Made by a program: the position numbers and the translations under genes. A stretch of 13,873 bases of DNA from Candidatus Sysuimicrobiota bacterium (GTDB lineage Bacteria; Sysuimicrobiota; Sysuimicrobiia; Sysuimicrobiales; Sysuimicrobiaceae), in NCBI GenBank assembly GCA_040289515.1, contig PSLI01000046.1, positions 1-13,873 on the forward strand. Reading direction: 5' to 3'. Shown piece by piece: positions 7,272 to 13,873 of this stretch (positions are counted from its first letter, which is position 1; each line of letters starts with the position of its first letter). Under the pieces are notes generated by a model, which made no database searches, was not told the DNA's origin, and worked only from the letters and a program-made list of their open reading frames with translations.

Positions 7272-7409
7272 GGGGATCCCTCCTTTCCGCACGAATCTGC
7301 GCCGGATGCTAGCCCACAAGGCCGCGCCCCGTCATCCGGCGCACGCCTGATTTTCCTGCAAGCGCTCTCTCCTGCCGACGCCGGAGTGCCTCCTGCCGCG
7401 AACTGCTGC

Positions 7410-7427
7410 ATCCCCCTCTATGGGGTC
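7410..7427. promoter_or_regulatory. C-tract/G-tract pseudo-palindrome, possible CsoR-family operator
   Basis: ATCCCCCTCTATGGGGTC, ~140 bp upstream of the copper oxidase. It resembles the TACCC-N-GGGGTA style of CsoR sites, but imperfectly. Confidence 0.3.
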
Positions 7428-7455
7428 GCCTACGCTGGAGCCGAGGGGGCTCGCC

Positions 7456-7599
7456 ATGGGCAAACGCGCAGAGCACCGCAAAACCGCAGGGGAGTGGCCG
7501 GTCCCCCGGGAGCGGACGCTTCACCGCCGCGCGTATGAGCAGAACCGATGGTGGATCGAGCTCGCCCTGCGGTGGTGGCGGGCCCGTCACGCCGCCTGA
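7456..7599 (+). CDS. Small Trp/Arg-rich ORF, 47 aa, unknown function
   Basis: TACGCT (7431-7436) and SD GAGGGGG precede ATG 7456: MGKRAEHRKTAGEWPVPRERTLHRRAYEQNRWWIELALRWWRARHAA*. The upstream layout matches that of the response regulator. Confidence 0.5.
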   Translation: MGKRAEHRKTAGEWPVPRERTLHRRAYEQNRWWIELALRWWRARHAA

Positions 7600-7652
7600 G
7601 CCACGCCGCCCGGCTGTGTTTACACTGGACCCAAACGGTACGGGAGGCGTGT

Positions 7653-8021
7653 ATGGTGGAAGGGTTGCTCGCGCAGGTGCGGCAGATGGTGGAGCCGTTG
7701 GGGGTGCGGGCGGTGTTCGGCGAGCCGATCCACGCGCACGGCCGGACGCTGGTGCCGGTGGCCAAAGTCACGGGCGGGCTCGGCTTCGGAGTCGGGAGCC
7801 GGCAGCGGCACGAGGACGAGGAGGGTGAGCACGAGCGGTCCCACGGGGAGGGCGGAGGTGCCGGCGTGGGTGTGGTGGCCCGGCCGGTGGCCGTGGTGGA
7901 GATCCGTGAGGACCGCACGCGGGTGCTGCCCGTGTGGGACGCGAACCGCCTGGTGCTGGCCGCGTTCGCCCTGCTGGCGTGGGGGGTGTTCTGGCTGGCT
8001 CGTTCGTTCCGGGCGCGCTAG
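7653..8021 (+). CDS. YtfJ/GerW-family protein, 122 aa
   Basis: GGGAGG SD. VFGEPIHAHGRTLVPVAKVTGGLGFG...GEGGGAGVGVVARPVAVVEIREDRTRVLPV is the family signature, followed by a C-terminal TM helix. Confidence 0.88.
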   Translation: MVEGLLAQVRQMVEPLGVRAVFGEPIHAHGRTLVPVAKVTGGLGFGVGSRQRHEDEEGEHERSHGEGGGAGVGVVARPVAVVEIREDRTRVLPVWDANRLVLAAFALLAWGVFWLARSFRAR

Positions 8022-8089
8022 CTGCGGGACGCCTAGGCCCAGGTGACGCCGAACGATCTTCCACTCGTGCGGGCGGCACAGCGCCTGCG

Positions 8090-11000
8090 CTACAGCGTCC
8101 GCGCTTCCTCCAGCAGCTCCACGAACGCCCGCACCACCGCGGGGTCGAACTGGGTCCCCGCGTGGCGCTGCAGCTCCTCCACCGCCTCCGCGTGGCTGCG
8201 CGCGACCCGGTAGCGACGGTGGCCTGTCATGGCGGTGTAGGCGTCCACCACGGCGAGGATGCGGCTGCCCAAGGGGATCTTCTCGCCCTTCAACCCGTCG
8301 GGGTAGCCGGTCCCGTCCCACCGCTCCCGGTGGTGGCGGACCAGCTTGGCCACCTCCTGGAAGCGCGGTACGGCCTGCAGGATCTGCTCTCCGACAACGG
8401 GGTAGCGCTCGATGAGGGTCCGCTCAGCTGGCCCGAGAGGCCCGGCCTTCCGCAGGATCTCCTCCGGGATGGCCACCTTGCCCACGTTGCGCAGGAGGGC
8501 CGCCCAGCGCACCTCCCGAGCCTCCGCGGGGCTGCGGCCCAGGCGCTGGGCCACCGCCTCCGCCCAGTGCGCCACCACGGTGCCGTGGCCGGGGCCCATG
8601 CCGTCATGCGCGTCCATCGCCCGTGCCAGCGACAGCACCACCTCGGTGTAGGCGCGCTGCAGCGCCTCCGTCTCCTCCCCCCGGCGAAGGAAGTCCGCCG
8701 CCGCCTCCGCAAGCCGCCCCAGGCGCGCGGCGTCGCCCTCGTGGTACGTGCCCAGGGGCGAGATGCTTTTCCGAGCCACCAACAAGGAGCCCAGGACGCG
8801 GTCGGCGACCCGCAGGGGAGCCGCCAGGACCGGGCCCAGGCCGCGCTCCTGAAGCGCCAGGTCGTCCGAGACCTGGTCTGCCCGGAAGGGTTCTCCGGTG
8901 GACAACACCTGGCCGTGCACGCCCACCAGGGGGAAACTGGCCCCGGCTAGCTCCGACAGGACCCCGTGCACGGCAGTCACCGTGTAGGAGTCGGCGTCCG
9001 GATCCAGCAGGGCCAGGGAAGCGTGGTCCGCGCCCAGCAGGCGGGCCGCGTGCTCCACCATGCGGGGTGCGGCTTCCCCGGCCGTCTGGATCGCCCGTAA
9101 CGCCGCACCCAACGCGTCCACGGCCTCCAGGTCCGCCACGCGCCGAGCCCACGCCTCCTCGGCCTGCTTTTGGGCGGTGACGTCGCGCAGGGACAGCACG
9201 AGCCCTGTGAGGCCCGGCTCATAGAGCCGGTTGGACGCCACCACCTCCACCCACACCGGACTTGCGGCCTCACGCACGAGGCGCGCGGCGAACGTCACCA
9301 CAGCGCCCGGTTCCGCGTAGGCACGGCTCAGGGCGGCGGCAACCTCCGTGCGGTCGTCGGGGTGGAACAGTTCCAGTACGGGCTGGCCCACCAGCTCCTG
9401 CGGCCCGCAGCTCAGCAGCCCGCCGGCGGCTGCGTTCGCGTAGCGCAACAAGCGACTCCCGTCCAGCACCATCACACCCACGGGCGCCGCATCCAGCAGC
9501 CTGCGGTACGCTTCGGCTGAAAACGCATGGGTGGCTGCGTGGTCCTGCCAGCGTAGGAGGGCGGCCAGCTGGCCCGCGGAGGCCTCCAGGAGCTGCAGGT
9601 TTTCTTCGGAAAAGCCTCCATCCGGCGCGCTTTCCACCGCCAGCAGGTACGGCTTCGCCCCGGGCATGGGCAAGAGCACGCCCTCCGCGCCGTACCCCAC
9701 AAAGGCGGGGTCCCCCCGGGTCGGTGCTACCCGCTGGAGCCGGCGCGTGCGTGCAGCCTGCGCCGCCGCACCCTCCTCCGCGCCGAAGGTGGCAGCGGGC
9801 TGCCGTTCCCCCACCTGGTGGAGTCGAACCCACACGTCCGCCTGCGCCCCGTACACGGAAACCCCGCTTGCGCGCACCGCTTCCTGGACAGCGCGGATCC
9901 AGCGCTCCACGGCGTCTTTGGGATCCGGGGCGTCGGTGCCCGAAGAAGCCAGACGCTCCTGCCAATGCAGCATCTGGACCTTCTCCTGCAGCCGACGCTC
10001 CCGGGCCTGGGCGGACACCACAAAACCTGCCAGGCGGGCCAGCCGCACCACGGGGCCCGCGTCATCCGGCTGCGGCTCTTGTGCCTCCCATGCCAGGAGC
10101 AGCACCCCACCCGCACCTTCCCCGCGCACAGGCACCAGGAGGGCCTTGCGGAAGCTGCCGGGCGTCAGCCCCAGCGCGCGCGCCTCCTCCTCCGTGACCG
10201 GCTTTAGCCACACCGCTTCGCCCACGGAGACGTGCTCGCGGAGCCGTTCCCAATCAGGTTCTGAGACCGCCCCGCTTCGCTGCTGGGCGCACAACCTGCC
10301 CGCGCCCCACAAGGCCACCGCCCCGTGCTGGGCGGAGGCAAGCTGTTGCGCTCGCTGCAGCAGCCGCCCGGCCAGGTCGTGAGCGTCCCGCGCGGCTCCC
10401 ACCTCCGCCGCGGCCCGGGCCCACACTTCCCACTGCTGCGACTCCCGCTGGGCGGCCGCCAGCCGCCCCACCGCCTCCGTGACGTCCCAGCCGACCAGCA
10501 GCACGGCCCGACGGACTCCCTGCGGATCCAGTTCGAGGGCCGCCTGCCAGTGCAGCACCCGATCCTGCCCGGGCACCGGCAGCTCGCCGGAAGCCGCCTC
10601 ACCCAGGTGCCACGCCCGCCGCGCGAGTTCTTCCAGCGGCGCCAGCGCCGGCACCTCGCCCAGACCCTGCTCCTCGGGGTCCTCCAGACCCAGCGCGTGA
10701 AGGGCCGCGGGGTTGGCAAAGGTCACCCGAAGCTGCTCGTCCAGCCGCAGCACGCACACGGGCAACGCCTCGAGCGTGCCCCGGGAAGCGGCTCCTTTGG
10801 CCTCCGCCTCCAGGGCGGTGATGTCCGTGGCGCATCCCACCACACCCACCACGCGCCCGATGGCGTGCCGGATGGGTCCTACGGTCACGTGGAACACGCG
10901 GCCGCCGTACTCGAACCGGTAGCTTCCCGTGTGGCCCTGGAAGGCCTGCAGGTGCGCGGCCAGGGGCGGGTAAGCGGGGTCGGTACTCTGGAAGTAGTCG

Positions 11001-11188
11001 TAAACCGTGATGCCCAAAACCTTGTCGGGCTCCAGCCCCAACTCCCGGACCGCGGTCCCTCCCACCACCACGAAGCGCAGCGCACCGTCCGTCGCCCAGA
11101 TGGCCAGGGGCATCTGGGCGACCAGCCACTGGGAGGGGATGCGGCCCTGGACGAACATGCGCGGTTCCATTCCCGGATCGCCCACCAT
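8090..11188 (-). CDS. PAS/GAF sensor with degenerate HD-GYP output domain, ~1030 aa (start could also be 11170 or 11158)
   Basis: PAS-like segments (TFANPAA, RYANAAA...LFHPDD), GAF-like segments, and a C-terminal ERWDGTGYPDGLKGEKIPLGSRILAVVDAY...GTQFDP. LLRNVGK replaces LLHDIGK. Confidence 0.92.
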   Translation of the reverse strand: MVGDPGMEPRMFVQGRIPSQWLVAQMPLAIWATDGALRFVVVGGTAVRELGLEPDKVLGITVYDYFQSTDPAYPPLAAHLQAFQGHTGSYRFEYGGRVFHVTVGPIRHAIGRVVGVVGCATDITALEAEAKGAASRGTLEALPVCVLRLDEQLRVTFANPAALHALGLEDPEEQGLGEVPALAPLEELARRAWHLGEAASGELPVPGQDRVLHWQAALELDPQGVRRAVLLVGWDVTEAVGRLAAAQRESQQWEVWARAAAEVGAARDAHDLAGRLLQRAQQLASAQHGAVALWGAGRLCAQQRSGAVSEPDWERLREHVSVGEAVWLKPVTEEEARALGLTPGSFRKALLVPVRGEGAGGVLLLAWEAQEPQPDDAGPVVRLARLAGFVVSAQARERRLQEKVQMLHWQERLASSGTDAPDPKDAVERWIRAVQEAVRASGVSVYGAQADVWVRLHQVGERQPAATFGAEEGAAAQAARTRRLQRVAPTRGDPAFVGYGAEGVLLPMPGAKPYLLAVESAPDGGFSEENLQLLEASAGQLAALLRWQDHAATHAFSAEAYRRLLDAAPVGVMVLDGSRLLRYANAAAGGLLSCGPQELVGQPVLELFHPDDRTEVAAALSRAYAEPGAVVTFAARLVREAASPVWVEVVASNRLYEPGLTGLVLSLRDVTAQKQAEEAWARRVADLEAVDALGAALRAIQTAGEAAPRMVEHAARLLGADHASLALLDPDADSYTVTAVHGVLSELAGASFPLVGVHGQVLSTGEPFRADQVSDDLALQERGLGPVLAAPLRVADRVLGSLLVARKSISPLGTYHEGDAARLGRLAEAAADFLRRGEETEALQRAYTEVVLSLARAMDAHDGMGPGHGTVVAHWAEAVAQRLGRSPAEAREVRWAALLRNVGKVAIPEEILRKAGPLGPAERTLIERYPVVGEQILQAVPRFQEVAKLVRHHRERWDGTGYPDGLKGEKIPLGSRILAVVDAYTAMTGHRRYRVARSHAEAVEELQRHAGTQFDPAVVRAFVELLEEARTL

Positions 11189-11293
11189 TCCCGTGTATTC
11201 CCAGATCCCTGTCCCTCGCGCCGGTTTTTCCGTAGCAAGCCGCGTGCCACCCTTCCCCACATGGTCGAACACCTGTGCGCCGCCGGCGGGTGT

Positions 11294-12286
11294 ATGATCG
11301 GCCCAGACGTGTGCACCACGGTGCGTGCCGTTCAGCCCGCCGTGCGCAACCCCGGGGTGGCGCTGGACTTGGCGTGGCTGGCGTCCGTGCGTGTCAACCC
11401 TCCTGCCGCGGAGTGGCGCGCGCGGACCCTGGTCGCGCGCCGCAGCGTGAAGGGTCCGTGGCAGGTGGGTTGGCTGCTGCGGGCGGTGCAGTGCCTCGAC
11501 CTCACCACCCTCAGCGGCGACGACACGCCCGGCAGTGTGCGACGCCTGGCGGCCAAGGCGCGTCAGCCGGTGCGGCCCGACGTCCTGCAGGGCTACGGAG
11601 TCCCGCCGGAACAGGTGCGGGCGGCCGCCGTGTGCGTGTACCCGCGTCTGGTCCCGGTGGCCCGCGAAGCCCTGGCAGGATCGGCGGTACGCGTGGCGTC
11701 CGTGGCTGCCGGCTTCCCCGCGGCGCAGACCCCGCTGTCTACACGGCTGAGCGAGGTCATAGAGGCCGTGCAGGCCGGTGCGGAGGAGGTGGACGCGGTG
11801 GTCTGCCGCGCCCACATCCTGCGTGGGGACTGGCAGGCGCTGTACGACGAGGTGCGGGCCCTTCGGGAGGCCGCGGAGGGGGCTGTGCTTAAGGCCATCC
11901 TGGGTACGGGCGAGCTGCCCACCCTGCGCCACGTGGCCCAGGCAGCTTTGGTTTCCATGATGGCCGGCGCGGACTTCGTGAAGACCAGCACGGGCAAGGA
12001 GGCAACCAACGCCACCCTGCCCGCCGGCCTGGTCATGCTCCGTCAAGTGCGCGACTACCTCCAGCGCACGGGTTTCCGGGTGGGCTTCAAGCCCGCGGGA
12101 GGCATCCGCACTGCCCGCCAGGCTCTGGAGTGGCTCCTGCTGGTGCGGGAGGAGCTGGGCGAGGAGTGGGTCCGCCCCGACACCTTCCGGCTGGGTGCCA
12201 GCGGCCTCGTTGCGGATCTGGAGCGGCAGCTCAGCTACCACCTCACCGGCCGCTACGCCGCGGCCTCCTATCAGATGCTGCCGTGA
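11294..12286 (+). CDS. deoC: Deoxyribose-phosphate aldolase, long form (start could be GTG 11309 or 11321)
   Basis: CLDLTTLSGDDT, AAVCVYP, VASVAAGFP, LKAILGTGEL, GADFVKTSTGKE (Schiff-base Lys), GFKPAGGIR and FRLGASGL. Confidence 0.96.
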   Translation: MIGPDVCTTVRAVQPAVRNPGVALDLAWLASVRVNPPAAEWRARTLVARRSVKGPWQVGWLLRAVQCLDLTTLSGDDTPGSVRRLAAKARQPVRPDVLQGYGVPPEQVRAAAVCVYPRLVPVAREALAGSAVRVASVAAGFPAAQTPLSTRLSEVIEAVQAGAEEVDAVVCRAHILRGDWQALYDEVRALREAAEGAVLKAILGTGELPTLRHVAQAALVSMMAGADFVKTSTGKEATNATLPAGLVMLRQVRDYLQRTGFRVGFKPAGGIRTARQALEWLLLVREELGEEWVRPDTFRLGASGLVADLERQLSYHLTGRYAAASYQMLP

Positions 12287-13873
12287 GCGGCGAGGTGCGC
12301 GAGGCGTTGGCCAGCCTGGCGTACGGCCCGGCCCCGGAGGATGCCGGGCCTGCCCTTCGCTGGCTGGACGCCCACGGACGCCGCTTGCGGCTGTTCGTCG
12401 CCAGCCGGTGGGCCGAACCTGCAAGCGGGCAGTGGCTGGAGGTGCGTAACCCGGCCACGGCCGACCTGCTGGCCCACGTACCGCAGGCGGGACCTGAGGA
12501 CGTGGAACACGCGGTGCGCTCGGCCCGGCAGGCGCAGCCCGCGTGGGGCCAGACGCCCGGTGCGGTGCGGGCCCGGTACCTGGTGGCCCTCGCACGGCAG
12601 GTGCAGAAGCACGCGCGAGTGCTCGCTCTGCTGGAGACCCTTCAAAGCGGCAAGCCCATCCGCGAAACCCGCGATGTAGAGCTGCCCCTGGTGGCCCGCT
12701 CCTTCTATTACCACGCGGGGTGGGCGCAGCTGCTGCACCAGACGTTCCCAGGTTACCTGCCCGTGGGGGTGGTGGGGCAGGTGGCCTCAGGCGACGCGCC
12801 CCTGCTGGAGGCGGCGTGGAAGCTGGCGGTCGCCCTGGCAGCGGGCTGCACGGTGGTGCTCAAGCCCGCGACAGGCACGCCCCTCACCACCCTGGCCCTG
12901 TGCGAGTTGGCGCTGGAAGTGGGCCTGCCGCCGGGGGCGGTGAACGTGATCACAGGGGACGGCCGCGCGGGAGAACTGCTGGTGCGACACCCGCAGCTGG
13001 ACCAGATCTCCTTCACGGGCTCTGCCGAGGTCGGACGCCGCATCCGCCAGCTCACCGCGGGGACCGGCAAGCGGCTGTCCCTGGAGTTGCGGGGCTACCC
13101 CGCCTTCGTGGTGTTCGAGGATGCGGACCTGGACGCCGCGGTGGAAGGCGTGGTGGACGGAGCGTGGTCGCACCGAGGGCGGTTCTGCACGGGGTGGCGG
13201 CTGCTGATCCAGGAGAGCGTGGCGGAGGGCTTCCTGGGCAAGCTGCGGGCCCGCATGGAAAAGCTGCGGGTGGGCGATCCCCTTGACCGAGGGGTGGACA
13301 TGGGGGCGCTGGGCGCATCGCACCTTGAGAATGCCCGCCGCGTGTGCGAGCAGCTCGTGGCCCAGGATGCCCGCCTGTGGCAGCCTTCCTGGGCGAGTTC
13401 CCACGACGGACCGTACTTCCCCCCCACGCTGGTCTGGGACGTCTCAGCCGGCTTTCAGCAGACCACGGAGATCCCCGCTCCGGTGGTGGTCACCACCACC
13501 TTCCGCAGCCCCGCGGAGGCGGTGGCCCTGGCCAACAACACACGGTACGGGCTCGCCTGCAGCGTGTGGACGGAGAACCTGAGCCTGGCCCTGGAGGTGA
13601 CCCGCCGCGTGCAGGCAGGCACCGTGTGGGTGAACTGCGTCCACCGCTTCGACCCGGCGAGCGAGGCTGGCGGCTACCGCGAGAGCGGCCTGGGACGCCA
13701 GGCAGGACGGGAGAGGGTGTGGGAGTACCTGAAGCTGCCGGCCTCTCCGGCCTTCGCATGGCCTGCGGCCGGCACCTCCGCACCAGGGGTGACCGCGCCT
13801 GCTGCGCGGGCTGCCGCAGGTCTTGACCAACTCCCCGACCGCGCTCCCAGGGTGTACGTGGGTGGCCGCCGGG
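12283..13873 (+). CDS. ALDH16-like aldehyde dehydrogenase family protein, partial (open to window end), degenerate motifs
   Basis: GTG 12283 overlaps the deoC TGA. The frame is open: LAYGPAPE, RNPAT, LETLQSGKPIRETRD, FYYHAGWAQL, FTGSAEVG, ANNTRYGL, GGYRESG. A Pro/Ala linker and DRAPRVYVGGR then begin a second ALDH-like domain. Confidence 0.92.
   Translation, partial: MSGEVREALASLAYGPAPEDAGPALRWLDAHGRRLRLFVASRWAEPASGQWLEVRNPATADLLAHVPQAGPEDVEHAVRSARQAQPAWGQTPGAVRARYLVALARQVQKHARVLALLETLQSGKPIRETRDVELPLVARSFYYHAGWAQLLHQTFPGYLPVGVVGQVASGDAPLLEAAWKLAVALAAGCTVVLKPATGTPLTTLALCELALEVGLPPGAVNVITGDGRAGELLVRHPQLDQISFTGSAEVGRRIRQLTAGTGKRLSLELRGYPAFVVFEDADLDAAVEGVVDGAWSHRGRFCTGWRLLIQESVAEGFLGKLRARMEKLRVGDPLDRGVDMGALGASHLENARRVCEQLVAQDARLWQPSWASSHDGPYFPPTLVWDVSAGFQQTTEIPAPVVVTTTFRSPAEAVALANNTRYGLACSVWTENLSLALEVTRRVQAGTVWVNCVHRFDPASEAGGYRESGLGRQAGRERVWEYLKLPASPAFAWPAAGTSAPGVTAPAARAAAGLDQLPDRAPRVYVGGRR

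Noticed and set aside
10325..11293. N-terminal extension making DeoC 653 aa (apparent fusion)
   Set aside because: It is antisense to the PAS/GAF gene and reflects stop-codon scarcity in GC-rich DNA.
11189..12595. N-terminal extension making the HD-GYP ORF 1501 aa
   Set aside because: It is the antisense shadow of deoC and the ALDH gene. Domain-like sequence only begins near 11188-11158.
1..13873. CRISPR array, tRNA/rRNA, or defence/retroelement genes
   Set aside because: I saw no regularly spaced repeats, RNA-gene signatures, or nuclease/RT motifs.

Overview
GC-rich bacterial DNA in two parts. The left part (1-~5770) is a decaying stress/redox mosaic. It holds a degenerate IS481-like transposase fragment, an intact NarL/FixJ response regulator, a doubly frameshifted stand-alone receiver-domain gene and a frameshifted DUF3795-like Cys-rich gene (neither appears as a single ORF in the track), and a secreted cupredoxin with Thr at the axial Met position. 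It also holds a tandem universal stress protein, an internally deleted bioY, a PrcB-like lipoprotein, and an in-frame GNAT/serine-protease-propeptide chimera. A minus-strand copper operon starts with a two-domain multicopper oxidase that has a type-1 Cu motif in both domains (the rare 'type A' arrangement). This is followed by a membrane-anchored cupredoxin, a minimal BON protein and the chimera, and ends at a strong terminator. The right part is intact: a 47-aa Trp/Arg-rich small ORF, a YtfJ/GerW-family gene, a PAS/GAF HD-GYP protein whose HD motif reads RN, deoC, and an ALDH16-like gene with eroded NAD/catalytic motifs that runs off the window. All family assignments come from recognising motifs by eye, not from database searches.
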